From the NCBI GenBank assembly GCA_013265495.1, contig MU058198.1, positions 5,099,779-5,163,778 of the forward strand: a DNA stretch of 64,000 nt, in the 5' to 3' direction. Below are positions 27,016-39,666 of the stretch, piece after piece. The translations under genes and the position numbers were made by a program. This DNA is from Vicugna vicugna. Its lineage: Eukaryota. The notes beneath the pieces were generated by a model that searched no databases, was not told the DNA's origin, and saw nothing but the letters and a program-made list of their open reading frames with translations. Position 1 is the stretch's first letter. Each line of letters starts with the position of its first letter.

Positions 27016-27652
27016 AAATGTGATGCCTAAGACTTTGGATGGCCAGTTAACCATGGAGAAGACGCCAAGTTACTTTGTGACAAACGAGGCCCCCAAGCGC
27101 ATCCATTCCATGGCCAAGGACATCAAACTGATCGTGGTGGTGAGAAACCCCGTGACCAGGGCCATCTCCGACTACACCCAGACACTGTCAAAGAAACCCG
27201 AGATCCCCACCTTTGAGGTGCTGGCCTTCAAAAACCGGACCCTGGGGCTCATCGATGCCTCGTGGAGCGCCATTCGGATAGGCATCTATGCTCTGCACCT
27301 GGAAAACTGGCTCCAGTTCTTTCCCCTCTCTCAGATCCTCTTTGTCAGCGGTGAGCGACTCATAGTGGACCCCGCCGGAGAAATGGCCAAAGTACAGGAT
27401 TTTCTAGGCCTCAAGCGTGTTGTGACTGAGAAGCATTTCTATTTCAACAAAACCAAGGGGTTCCCGTGCCTAAAGAAGCCAGAAGACAGCAGTGCCCCGA
27501 GGTGCTTAGGCAAGAGCAAAGGTCGGACTCATCCCCGCATCGACCCAGATGTGATCCACAGACTGCGGAAATTCTACAAACCCTTCAACATGATGTTTTA
27601 CCAAATGACTGGTCAAGATTTCCAGTGGGAACAGGAAGAGGGTGACAAATGA
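27016..27652 (+). CDS. HS3ST4: Terminal coding exon of heparan sulfate glucosamine 3-O-sulfotransferase 4 (C-terminal part of the sulfotransferase domain). The first base completes a codon split by the intron.
   Basis: Open frame [20 protein letters not shown]...[11 protein letters not shown]...[26 protein letters not shown]...[10 protein letters not shown] with TGA at 27650-27652. It carries 3-OST motifs (EKTPSY, the 3'-PB motif RNPVTRAIS, paired Cys, KGRTH). The EQEEGDK C-terminus matches my recollection of HS3ST4. It is preceded by a polypyrimidine tract and AG at 27014-27015. The upstream exon is outside the window. Confidence 0.96.
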
Positions 27653-28863
27653 GGCTAGAGATGTGGAGGGAAGGCTAGGGAAGAGTGGGGGAGGCTCCTT
27701 ACCTGAGTCCCGCATCCCCCAGGGTCTGCAGCCTCAGCCTTGCTGGAGTGCCAAGTAGATCTCTGATCTCCCCTTTTGCCCAGTCAGGACTGCTGTTGGC
27801 TTAGGCAAACGGATGGATCCCATGGCATGCTCATGGGGGTACCAGGCCTGCCTGGGTTGCAGTAGCTGGTTGACTAGATGGCCACCAGAATCCATGGTGA
27901 ATTCTTGTCTTCTGCTGGTTAATCAGGTCTGAAGACGGGATAAATAACTGTCAAGGTCAGAGACAGGGCCATGGATGTTTGTTTAAGTGATTAAAAAAGA
28001 AAGGAAGGTCTGCTTTGGGGGTGAGGGCAGTTGAAGCAGGCTCTCACTTTAATTTGAAGAAGCCTAAGTTCTAGCTGTGTATCTGGCGAAGGCCCCTGCC
28101 CTACCAGCCTCTCACCAGGATACTGATTGTGGCATCTCACCAGGATTCTGATTGTGGCTAAATGCCCTAGGACTCCTGGGGGGAAAGGTCCTCCCTCTAA
28201 GGTGTTTCTAGCCTTCTCCTTAAAGGCCTCATCCCACAGCCCTTTGACTTCCTCTCTCCTCACCTTAGGAAGGCAGAGGCATGCACGCTCCTCACCGACA
28301 ACAGCTGACGTCCCTGCAAGCCGTCTTTCTGGTACCCTCTAAGGGGGCGGGGGTGGGGGGGTGGGCTCTGTCTTCATGAGCATCCTGGGTTGTGGAGAAG
28401 CTTAGCACATGCCCTCCTTAGAATCAGGCCCACGGGGCTGGTCTCAGAGCAGTGTGAGTTCAGAGCCCTGAGGCTGGTAAAGAGGAATGCCATCTCTGGG
28501 AGTGAAAAAAGGAAAGCCAGTCCTCTTGGTGGGTGGTGTCCATACCTGAAGACCCTCAGAGCCCTCGGTTCTGAGACAGGTTATCAGAGTGGGCTCCCGT
28601 AGGGTTCCCTAGAAGGTCAAGGACCAAAAAGTTGGCATGCCTTTTGAATAACCTTTAGCAATGCAACAAACAGGGGCTTGGTCACCGTTCTTCGGTTTGC
28701 CCCGCCCTCTCCCCTACTTGGTCATCTCCTGCTTCATTTGCTCGATTCAGAGATGACGCCTATTGGGGCAGTGACAAGAGGGCTGACTCCATCTGCCAGA
28801 GCCAGTGTGTGGGGGTGGGGGAGGGTAAGGGCCGTCCGCAGACACCCCCATCAAGGGCTGCTG

Positions 28864-28869
28864 AATAAA
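28864..28869 (+). terminator. HS3ST4: Candidate proximal poly(A) signal AATAAA
   Basis: First canonical AATAAA I can see after the stop codon. Confidence 0.5.
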
Positions 28870-29010
28870 ATGTCCCTTCCCATTAGTTTGATTCAATGAA
28901 AATGCAGCATTTGACGTAAAGCACTCTTCACAGATCTCCAAAACCAGGAACTGTTCGAGTAAAATTGGAAATATGTATGAGTGGGGGGGAGTGAAATGTG
29001 TTCAGCTGTT

Positions 29011-29016
29011 ATTAAA
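29011..29016 (+). terminator. HS3ST4: Candidate distal poly(A) signal ATTAAA
   Basis: ATTAAA followed about 30 nt later by the GU-rich element tgtgttgtt, with upstream TGTA near 28975. Confidence 0.55.
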
Positions 29017-29427
29017 CTGTCATTTCTCCCACTAAATGGAAACTGTGTTGTTATAAAGCTTAATGCAATCTGATGAATGGGTTTTGATGGCGTGTTTGTG
29101 TTGGTCACCTCCATTCCCACCTCGACCCCCCACCCTTGAATTCTGGGAGTATCCCTTCTCTGGAAGAGCCAGAGAGACCCAGATCAGAGACTCTTCCAGG
29201 GAATTCTGTGTGCAGGGCGGGGCAATTCTTGAAATCGCACAGAAGCAGCAGCTCCTGAAAAGGGTGCCATGTTCCTTATCGTAACCAGTCCCGGAGAGGA
29301 ATCTGAGATGCCAGATTCAGAAACAACCTCACAAACAAATTTTTTTGGCCAGATAAGAAAGTGGTTATTGAATGGAAGGCAACATATATCCCTTGACTCC
29401 CAGAGGAAAAGAAGATACAGATGAAAA

Positions 29428-29452
29428 TACACACACACACACACACACACAC
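29428..29452. repeat. (AC)n microsatellite
   Basis: Read directly. Similar tracts are (CA)n at about 19438-19460 and (GAAT)n at about 23881-23908. Confidence 0.9.
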
Positions 29453-32400
29453 AACATACACACAAGTTTGAAGGAAGGCAATGCCTGCTCGTTCACAAGA
29501 GGGTCCTGTGTGCTGGCTGACTGGGGGCCTTGTTTTTTTATAAGCACAGCAAGGAGTGGATCTGGTTACATATCAGAGTCAGCTGTGGGGTCTTCAAGCT
29601 CCAGTTCCCTGAGCCCCATTTTAGACTTCTTAAAGAATCAGAACTTCTAGAGTGTGGTGCAGGCATCTATCCTTTCAAAAATCTTCTTATGGAAGCTGGG
29701 ATTGAGAATGAGGGATGTCTTACCTGTAAATTTCTTTGCCCCCCCCCCAGCCTCCTTCCTCCCCTCCTTTTATGCTTTCGTGGGGATCACTTCCAAGAGA
29801 AGTAGCGCCTAGGGTTTATGGCTTCCCTGGAGGAATAAGTAAGTCCCTTTGGGAGTTCAGTGACAACTAGATAAGGGTGACCTTATAACTTAAGAGGTCA
29901 AGGGAGTATCTGATTGTAGGAAAGCTCTAAAGACGTCTTCCCACCAGCTAAGGATGGGTAACCATTACTCTAGCCTACCTTCATCTCTTCTGTGGCGGGT
30001 GGACACACCTTAGCTCACCCCCTTGATCACACCTGCCCTCCCTTTCCCATCTCCCTGGCTGTCTACCTGTCCCCATACACCCAGACTATCCAGATCTTAA
30101 GGGCTGCTTAAAAAGAAACTGAGCAAGTGTGCTTCCCCACATAAAGATGACAAGCAAATCCGTTTTTAATACAGTTAGCCAACCCTTAAGAAGCCATTCT
30201 GGCCCGAGAAATAAAAGTGGAGAACCCTCCTTAAAGTCTTTATCCGCTCTTGCATATAACAGTCGGCTCAAATTCTCTGGAGAAATAGGGCAGAAACCTA
30301 GGGCTGGAGTTCTGGAGGATTTTCATTTTAAGGGTCTGTCTGGCGAGATGCTTGAAAGCTCAAGGCTCAGAAAAGAAATGCAAACTTGACTTGTTTGAGT
30401 TCTCTTCTGCAGTGTCTACTCCAGTGGATCCTTATGACTCAGAGTGAGCCACGAAGTCGTGTCCCCTTCTTCAGTGGGGAATCTTGATAAAAGGAATTAT
30501 TTCCCTATCCAGAAAAGCTAAGTCAACCTACTAAGATAGAGTCAGTTTCAGGATACTTCCTCCCTATTTCAACAGGAGCATTGCAACTCACGGGAGATTG
30601 AATTTTGTATTTGATTTCAATTAGCAAAGAATACATTATATTAAATTTTTTCTTCCCCTCCCTTCCCACGAATGGATGATTCACAGTCCTGGAAAGGCTG
30701 CGGCGAGTGGCTGGGAGATGAGAAAGGGAGGATTCATCGTTCCAAGTCGTGCAGCGGCCATTCTTGCCACGTTCATTGCTTTTTGTCGGTAACATTCTGC
30801 ACCTGAGAGGCGTGAATGCCTTGACCTTATAACAGACCTACCAGGTCAAAACACAACAGCAATAATAGTAAAAACATTCAGTGGCCTCTCTTAGCTTTAG
30901 ACTGTTACGTTCCATATTCTCTGACTTCAAAGGGGGAAAGATGTAGTCATTGGAAATTGCCTGCAACCTTTAGGAGCCTCTTAGACGGACTGAATTTTAA
31001 GTTCAGGAGAGTGTGGCCTGCTCAGTCCCCTGGTCCTGGGAGTCCTCATCTGAGTATCACTTCTTTAAAACCTCAACCCTCTGCTTCTTCCTTCCAGATC
31101 CTCCCAGTCTATCCTGCCCTTTCCCATTTGCCCATCTTCCACCTCCTTATTCTCTATCCTCCCCAAAATCCACCCCCCCCCAAAAAAAACCTTCTGCCTC
31201 ACTACTGTCAGAAGAAAGGTAGCTGGGCCTCTATCTGTGTCCTGGACAAGTAGCATTGTCCATCTGAACCTCAGTTTTCCTGTCTCTAAAATGGGCAGAT
31301 TTAATCACTACTGGACTACCACCCTGAGTTACAGTGATGATCAAGCCGAATTAATAGACGGGAAGATATTTGAGAGGAATACAGTGAATGCTTCAGTGAC
31401 ACACTGGATAGGGGTGATGATGGCGGTGGTCTGATGATGGTCAAGAAGAAGATGAACACGGTGGAAGAGGAGGAGGAGCAGGAGGGCAGTTCCTTGTAGC
31501 CCTTCCAGAACAACATGGCTATATAATGTTTCAAGAGTATATCTTTACTCAGACTGGCAATTAGGAGATGCTCGGAGAACTGGCTGGATTCCAGGCATTT
31601 AGATGCAAGCATTCTCCCTCTGCTGTCAGCCCCTCCCCACATCCCACACCAGGCATATTCTGTTCACTCTGGCCTTTCTCTTGCTCCTCACTCAACGTGC
31701 TTTTAGATGCGACAAGGCCTGGAGGCTCATTCACGAAGTTCCCATGGATCTTTGCCCCATGGAAACTGGGGTGAAGTTTTCAAGCTTCCAGGCTATGAAT
31801 TCTCGGCTTGCAGCTCTGACTCCTAAAAGTTCACCTGGAAGACAATGGAGCAGGGGAGGTGCCTGGAAGCAAGTCTCATGTTTCTGGAAGCGGGCTGGGG
31901 GATCTCCTAGGTTCTTTGTGTTACAAACTGGGGTGAGAAGAGATGGGTTCATGTGATCACTAGCTTGGGGAGGGATGTGTCATTTTCAGATATAAAAGAT
32001 ATGTGAAGCCACTTTTTTAAAATTGTGAAATGATGTTATTTCAAGGCAATCCTGGTCCATCATCCATCATCAAGGGAAGAAAAAAAGCCCAAGAACATGT
32101 ATGAAATATGGGTCCACGGACAGAAGATTGGCAAGCATCTCAAGTGTCCCTGGACGCAGGAAAACAGCTCTGCTCTAGAGTCAACCATGTTTCACTCAGA
32201 CTTTTATCCCACAAATACATGTAGAGTGGCCACGGGACAACTGAAAGACACCTGGGAGAGAGCAAAGCTGATTCGCCTTAAGAGGACTTCCAGCCGAGTG
32301 GGGAAGATGGAGCCGGGAGAAATACATGGGGAAAGGTTTACACTGTTAGCAAAGGGGATGCACGGGTGCTATGGAAACATGAGATGGGGGTGGGGTGGTA

Positions 32401-32456
32401 ATAATGAGGGCAAAGGAAGGACCATCAAGTACTTGTGGCATCTAAGCCCCCATTCA

Positions 32457-32550
32457 GGGGGAAGAGTATAGCTCCGTGGTAAGTGTGCGTGCTTAGCACG
32501 CACGAGGTCCTGGGTTCAATCCTCAGTACCTCCTCCCCCCCCAAAAAAAT
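32457..32550 (+). mobile_element. tRNA-Ala-derived SINE
   Basis: gtatagctccgtggtaag...gcttagcacgcacgaggtcctgggttcaatcctcagtacctcc with degenerate TSD tctaagcccccattca / tctaagaccctactca. Confidence 0.88.
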
Positions 32551-32982
32551 TCTAAGACCCTACTCAGTAGCATTTTGCTTCATCTCAAAACATAAAACTA
32601 TTCTTATGCTTTAGAGTTAGGCTAAAGCACAAAGAGACAGACATTAGCAAAATAAAAAATACAAAAGGGACAAGATTGGGAAATGATGAAGGCTACAAGG
32701 CAAGGATTTGGTGCAGGGAGAGAAGAAGTATGTATGAGGGACATGCTATCAAGGATAATCCTTTTTCAGAGGAAAAGTTGTATATCTTTTCTCTACATGA
32801 CCATAGCCACGCCATTAATAGGGAATGCAAATCCCTCCAGAGATGACCCACCATCATCTCCATATCTTCCTGCACGTTGTCTAAGGCCAAGGTCAAATGG
32901 TGACCCCCCTTTCTTTAGCTGTCAGCTACTCATCGACTTGTATTGTTAAGAAGGAATCCAAACCAATAGAAATCCAACTTTT

Positions 32983-33098
32983 GTGGAAGAGGGTATAGCT
33001 CAGTGGTAGAGTGCATGCCTGGCATGCACAAGGTCCTGGGTTCAAGCCCCAGTACCTCCATAATAAACCTCATTACCTGCCCCCTCTTCCCCCAAAAA
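32983..33098 (+). mobile_element. tRNA-Ala-derived SINE
   Basis: tRNA-Ala head and tail with perfect 15-bp TSD AGAAATCCAACTTTT (32968-32982 and 33099-33113). Confidence 0.92.
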
Positions 33099-35049
33099 AG
33101 AAATCCAACTTTTCTGAAAATGTACTAAAAATCAATCCGAGTAAAAATGAAAACGCACACACTCACACCTCTTCAGTTAGATACAGACTTGTTCTCTAGG
33201 TCAGGGGTGATCAGATCGTACCCTGTAATTTACAGATGGGAACGGTGATGGTTCGGGAATCTAAGGGACTTACCCAAAGCTGCGCCGCAATGTAATGAAA
33301 GCAAAATCACAATGCAGATTTCTGCACAGGGTATCGTGAGAGAGAGAAGTGCCAGGACAGCCTGTTCTAAATAATAGCAGGAAACACGATTTCAAAGGGA
33401 CTTTTCATCGTCTTTTTCTCTAAGACATTTCCTGGGCTTGAACAGCTTTCTTTGAATAGCTCAGATTCCATCTAGTCATTCTGGACCACTTGGAAAAGGA
33501 TGATTTTAAAATAGGAGGAAAGAGCCTGTGCTTCTGGAAGAAATACAGATTATCCTGGGGAGGGAAAGGGAAAATGAGATGACCTGGAATTGCAGGGTTA
33601 GGTTGGAACCAGGTTGGAAAAATGACAAATTGTGGTTCTTGAAAGGTTAAGAGCCCATCACTTCATGTCCTGCATGCCTGGGGAGTGGGTCTACAAAGGC
33701 AAAGGTGGGACAGTACAGGGCAGCCTTCCCACAGCTCTGCACTGGATAGAAGTACTTAGGTTTTTTCCCTCAAAAATCTCAAGCCCAACCCCCTTGACAG
33801 ACCCACCTCTGCCGAATCTTTACTTGCAACTCGGTTACACCAGTGTCTCAATAACAAAGGACGTTTCCCCTTAAATGGACATGTCTTTAGGGGATGAGCT
33901 CTTGTCACTAATTTGTTTCTAAGGGATCATGGGAACAGCCTTGGGAACGATAAAAAAAAAATCTACAATAAATGGTATAAAGGAAAAAAAAAGTGGTGTG
34001 TGTTCTTTTTGATAACTCCTGGAAAAAGCGATATTTAGCAATCACTTTGGTTCCTTCTATCCCGAGAGGAAAGAGCAAGGGCCATTGGAGATGATGGCTG
34101 CAGATTCCACTGTGGCTCTGACGATCAAAGGCAAGACTTTCTGATGGAGCAGGAGATAGCTGCTTTTCCGTCATTTCAGGAAGAAAAGATTTCTTGGTTT
34201 TTACCCCAGTAGAAATGCTTATAAAGGGTGTCAGGGGAGTGGATCTGCTTCTGGGAATGCTTGGGGGAAGGGCTTTGGAAATAAGGGCTTTCATTACCCT
34301 GGCCATCCTGCTGAGAGGAAAGAAAAAGCAAAAAAATAAAATGGGAACTGTTTACGCCACAGGCAGCACATCTGAGCACTGAGTTTAAATCATAGACTCG
34401 CAGACCGGTCCCCAAGCCAGGATGAAGCCCATCGTCCATTTATTCTGCTCTGATGCTCTTGGCAGAGAATGCAGATTGGGGTCTCTATAAATTTCTGGTT
34501 TCTAACCTTAGCTAGGTTCTCAGTTCTGTTATTCATTCCTTTTATTTGTCCCTGGGCAGCTTTTTTTTTTCCCCAGGTCCCTTGTATTTGTTTCAGAGGT
34601 TTCTGCCTTTTTTCAAGCTTTCTACCCCTCCTCATAGCCCCTCCCCATAGCCCCTCCCCTTTGTTCTACTGGTCAAGGGAATTGACTTCATGGAGAAAGT
34701 CAAGGTCATCTCTCTCTGCCTCTCATTGGACTTGCCTTCCTTCATCTGTCAGATGGAAACAATGATAGTGCCCACCTCACAGGACAGTGTGAGGACCAAG
34801 TGAAAGGATACACGTAAGGAACTTAAAAGAGGGGCTGGAGATAGAAAGAGGTCAATAGTCTTGCCATTATTATCACTAGTATCAATTCATTACTATCAAT
34901 TATAAATTACTAGCCATGGTGTGAATCCTTAATTCCTCCAACAATTCTTATCATTCCCTACTTTTGCCTTGAATCCCTAACTCTTAACCTCTAGGACCAT
35001 GTACTTTATTCATTTACCCCTCTTCTCTTCCCACTACACCACTGTCTGC

Positions 35050-35660
35050 TCTTCAGCCTCACTTGCTGGTCCTCATTTTTCAGGGCGTAGTCTTTCTTTA
35101 TCTACATCTACTCCAGGTGATCTCCCACATTGCCATGGTTTTAAACATCATCTCTATGTTGGTGACTGTCAATCTCACATTCTTCACCCAGATCTCTCTC
35201 CTAAAACTCCAGATTCTTATGTCAAACTACCCTTGTCTTGTCCATTTGGGGGATATAGAAGGTTATCTCAATACACTCAAGTCAATTTTGAGATGTTTTA
35301 ACCCACCCAATCCTGTTCCTCCCGATGTCTCTCCATCTAAGTCAATGGCTTCTCTGTCTTTCCAAACCAAATCCTACATTCATCCTCATTCTTCTCTTTC
35401 TCTTATACCCTGCATCTAATTTAAAAGCAAATATACCCAGAATTCAGTTATGTCTCATTATCTCCACTTAGGGTGGTTGGAGTTAGCAAATAATTGCATA
35501 GGACATACTTAGACTCATCAGTTACATTTCCCTAAGTGGTCTCCCTTTCACTAGTTTAGTCCCTTTCGTATTTGTAATCAGTTCTGCATCTGGGGCAATG
35601 CTAGCTGACAAAGGAAACTAATTACATCATCCCCTTACTAATAAACTACCAGTGACTTTT
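35050..35660 (+). mobile_element. L2 fragment
   Basis: ccatggttttaaacatcatctctatgttggtgactgtcaatctc...ccagatctctctcctaaaactccagattc are L2 motifs. L2 appears to resume at about 36200-36680. Confidence 0.7.
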
Positions 35661-35669
35661 ATATTAGTC

Positions 35670-36190
35670 ACCTCTTCAACTGGCAGTGACAGATAGCATG
35701 ACTCAAATAAGATTAAGGACTAAAAGGAAATTGCTGGCTCATTGTAACCGAGTTTTCCAAAAGGTGATGACTCAAAGTATAGCTGCATCCAAGAGTTGAG
35801 TAATATCAGTAAGTTAGCTCTTTTTCAATCCTCTCCCCTTTACTCCCTCTATTCTCCAATATTCTGCCTCCACTGATTTCTTTTGACGTGATAAGAGTCG
35901 TCATTCTCAGAGTCTTTTCACGGTATAGTATTATGGCTGCTTGCGGTCTAAACTACATGGCTCTTAACAATTCCCCAGGAAACACAGGTTCCTAAGATCT
36001 CCATCAAAGATGGGCCACATGGCCACTCAGGAACCAATCACTGTGGCCAAGGATCTAAAGCACTCTCATAGCTTGGCTTAAGTCACACCTGGGGACCAGG
36101 CAGAGCCAGCGCCTGCCCTTATGATTTGGAAAACATAATTATTGAATGGAGGAGAATGATTCCAAAAGGAGACGTTGGGAAGCCAATAAA
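35670..36190 (-). mobile_element. Old MaLR LTR (MLT1J/K-like) nested in L2
   Basis: gtgacagatagcatgactcaaataag...gctggctcattgtaac...gaaccaatcactgtggccaagg resemble old MLT1 consensus motifs. Confidence 0.55.
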
Positions 36191-38309
36191 ATGTTCTGCA
36201 TGGTTCCCTATTGTCTTCATGATCAATTCCAAATTCCTCAGCTTAGCATAAAAGGATTCTTACAACCTGTGCCCAAATCACCCCTCCCTCCAGGGTCCTC
36301 CCTGGCACCTACTGTGTACTCAGTGTTCCTGGCACACTGATTTGTCATCATCCCCTAGACGGTTTTTGCTGTACCTACACTTGTGACACTTTCCCTACAC
36401 CAAACCTTTCTTTTCCTGCGAAAACGTGTTTATGCTTGAAGACCTGATGGAAATGTTCCTTCTGTGATTCCCTGGCTGAACTGGTTGTCCCATCCTCTGC
36501 ACTTTAAATGCTCTATAATGACAAGCCATTTCTCCAAGCCATTGTTTGGGGGGATGGCGGTAGGAATGTCTCTCATTCATCTCTGTTCCAGTGATGCTGA
36601 GTCATAGGATTGATAAAGCAAATGTTGAACAAAAGGCTGGAGGGAGGGGTCAGTGAATGAGTAAACATGTTATTTAATGAGGAGGGCAGCAGGGAAAGAG
36701 ATTGCAATCTTCATCTGAGTTCATTTGAGCTCACTCCCCACTACTTTGTTACAAAATCAGTAACCCAATTTACCAAGCCCACTACCTCCTCTCAATCTCA
36801 CTCGCTTTCCTGTTGTTGCCTCTTTACCCACTGAACAAACGTGGTGATGTGATGAATAAAGAGCTGACATGAAGAATAAGAGAAAGAGAGGAGCTGTGCA
36901 CATCTCCACGTTATCACCTATGCCAAGCTGGGGATGGGCACCTGAATTTTCCTCTGAAAACATCATTAAGGACTTCAAGAGGTAAGGTAAACAGTCCAGG
37001 AAGGACAGTTTTTCTCTCCTCCTGAAAGGCTTTGCAGACTCCAGACCTCCATCAATGTACCTTTCAGCATCTGATCATCAGGGCTAAGAATTCCACGTCT
37101 ATGTCTGACCAGATGCCTTCCGTTTGTAGAGCTTTCCCCTCTCTTTCTACGTTGGTGTTTATTGAGCACTTACTAAGGATCGAGTCCTGCTGCTTCTTCC
37201 TGGAGTGCTCTCCTGTCGGACATCCCCATGGACTTAGGGCCTCATTCCATCAGGTGTCTGCTCAGATGTCTGCATCTCAGAAAGCCCTTCCCTGACCACA
37301 CCATTTAAAATCACAGCCCCTCCACCCGGGGGCTCCTGTCCATCTAGCCTGGACAATTTTTGTTCATAGCCCTTCGCAATGTCTGTTGTTGTATCACGGC
37401 ACACATCACCATTCTGCATTCAATTGCTCACTATCCGTCTCCTCCACTGGAACATAACCCTGGGCAGGGCAGAGACCCCTGGCTATGGTCCACCGCTCTG
37501 CCCTGAGCTCCTGGGAAAGTGCCTCACATACAGTAAACACTCAATAAAAACTTGCCCACTTGATGAAGACATCTGCAAGCAACTTACATAGATCAGTCTA
37601 CTTAATTTTACCCAGCAGCCCCGTGAGGCGGCTACTAATATCAGTCCACTTTATAGACAAGGTAACTAAAGCTTAGAGGGGTTAAGAGGCCACCTTAAGG
37701 TCACATAACTCATAAGTGGCAGAACCAGGACTCCCGGGGTCTCACTGAGCATCTTCCCCTTTGGGGCATCTAGAAAAGCAGAAATGGGATTTTATATTCT
37801 TTTTAAGTACCTAGTGGGACATTTTCCCAGGGTGATAGCCAGCCATTCTCTGTCACCGTGTGGACTCCAGAGGAAAGAGATTTACAGAACTATTGCTGGA
37901 CCGACACAGATGAGCTATGAAACTGACTCCTTAACTTTGCAGGCCATAGATCGTTTTTCCATCCGCGATGTTCTTCCACTCAGATTTAGCTTATGATCCC
38001 CATTCTGCACAAAAAGAAACAAAAGAGAGAGAAGTTAAGTGATCTGTCCCAGAGGAAGCTTTCCAGCTCAGCCTGGTTTCCTTTTCCCTGCTTGTCTCCC
38101 CAGGCAGTGAACAGCTGAGAGCCACGTGGGAAGCTAGGAAGCGCAGGGACTCGTACTTACAGAGAGGCCTTCAGTCTCCCGGACTATGCAAGGCTATGGG
38201 TCATTTTTGCTAGAATGGAACTTCCTGACCCTTCCTCAATGTGCTGTGCTGGGTAAGGCCCATTCCATTTGCAAAGTTCCTGCTTTTAAAAAAAAAAAAA
38301 GGCCATTAT

Positions 38310-38838
38310 TGAAACAAGAGCAGGACCCTGTGGTGTCCTCCCTAGTACAAATCCTTTCCATGTCCCTGTTTCTTATTTGTAGGAAATAGGCTTCATTCAG
38401 CCTCCTTGACCTCCCCTGAGTTCCAAAGGGCAGATTCAAACAGTTGCTAATCAGGGAAGGAAGGGGATGCAGAGACCAGGGAGGACCAGTCAAGAAACAA
38501 TAGTGCCGCCCTCGGGCAGGTCCTGGTTCCTCCTCAGGAACTAAGGTCCCCACCCAGGTGGAGGATGGTAACTTCAGGCTGAGCACGAGATTCCTGGATC
38601 GCAGCCCTGTTGCCTCACCACCAACCAATCAGAAGAAAGTCACACACCGTGCTGCCCTCACCCCCATTTTTCTCATAAATGCTTCTCCCTGAAAACCATC
38701 GAGGAGGTGGGGTTTTTCGAGCACGGGCTGCCCATCCTCCTTGCTTGGCCCCGCGATAAACCTTTCTCTGCTCCTAACTCCTTTCCAGTTTGTTTGGCCT
38801 CATTGCGCATGGGGCACACGAACTTTCGTTCGGTAACA
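38310..38838 (+). mobile_element. Solo ERV1-class LTR, family B copy 1
   Basis: TGAAACA...GGTAACA termini, perfect 4-bp TSD TTAT (38306-38309 and 38839-38842), a CCAAT box near 38625, and GATAAA at the poly(A)-signal position. It is the reverse complement of 53232-53797. Confidence 0.9.
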
Positions 38839-39316
38839 TTATGTCATTAGATTCCATTCACACAGAGAGATTACTCCTCATGGCTAGCCAATATTGTGAG
38901 AGACGACCTTGCAAAGAGACCCCCAGATGACCGTATTCTAATTAACACCTTTCTGCATTCTTGATCCGAGGAAGTGCTTTGTGGCCAGAGAGAGTGAACA
39001 GAGGAAAATGTTAACATCTTCTCCCAGGTGACTTCATCAGACCACGGGCAGGGGGCTGTGGGGGGGGGGGGGAGAAGACTCTGTCACTCAGGAAAATTAC
39101 TCGACTCCCCTAGACTCTTAAACAATTAACTTCCATCCTATCAAAAATTGAAGAAAAATAACAAAGAGATATTGGGGACACATTTTTCTTGGGCAATCCA
39201 AACATTTGTACAGTGCATGTGAATTTGGTCTCAGGGCTTATATGATCTTCAGTCCTGAGATCAAATTCATCTTGCAAAACTATTTTATCTGGCCTGCACA
39301 ATTCTATGCCCCTCCT

Positions 39317-39660
39317 TTTTTTCCTTCTTACTGAAGTATAGTTGATTTACCATGTTGCATTAATTTCTGGTGTACAGCTTAGTAATTCAGTTATACATAT
39401 TATACATATATATACATACATATATTCATATATATATATTCTTTTTCATTACAAGTTACTACAAGCCATTGAATATAGTTCCCTGTACCATACAGTAGGA
39501 CCTTGTTTGTCAATTCTGTACATAGTGGTTTGTATCTGCTAATCCCAAATTCCTGATTTATTCCTCCTTCCCCCCTTCCCTCTCTCCCCGGAACCATAAG
39601 TCTGTTTTCTACGTCTGTGAGTCTGTCTCTGTTTTATAAATACGTTCATTTGTGTCATTC
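39317..39660 (-). mobile_element. L1 3'-UTR fragment (first of a tandem pair)
   Basis: tactgaagtatagttgatttac...gaatatagttccctgt...gttttctacgtctgtgagtctg. Confidence 0.88.
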
Positions 39661-39666
39661 AAAAAA

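Larger units (their letters stand above)
27653..29060 (+). other. HS3ST4: HS3ST4 3' UTR (3' end approximate)
   Basis: Sequence without recognisable interspersed repeats after the stop codon, running to a cluster of poly(A)-signal hexamers and GU-rich downstream sequence. Confidence 0.7.

Noticed and set aside
27020..27025. ORF-track start (GTG/ATG) as the start of a stand-alone 210-aa gene
   Set aside because: A strong splice acceptor lies just upstream and the N-terminal transmembrane region and 5'-PSB motif are absent, so this is the spliced terminal exon.
27650..27658. Stop-codon readthrough of HS3ST4
   Set aside because: The context is TGA-GGC-TAG, which is not the TGA-CTAG readthrough motif, and a second in-frame stop follows after one codon.
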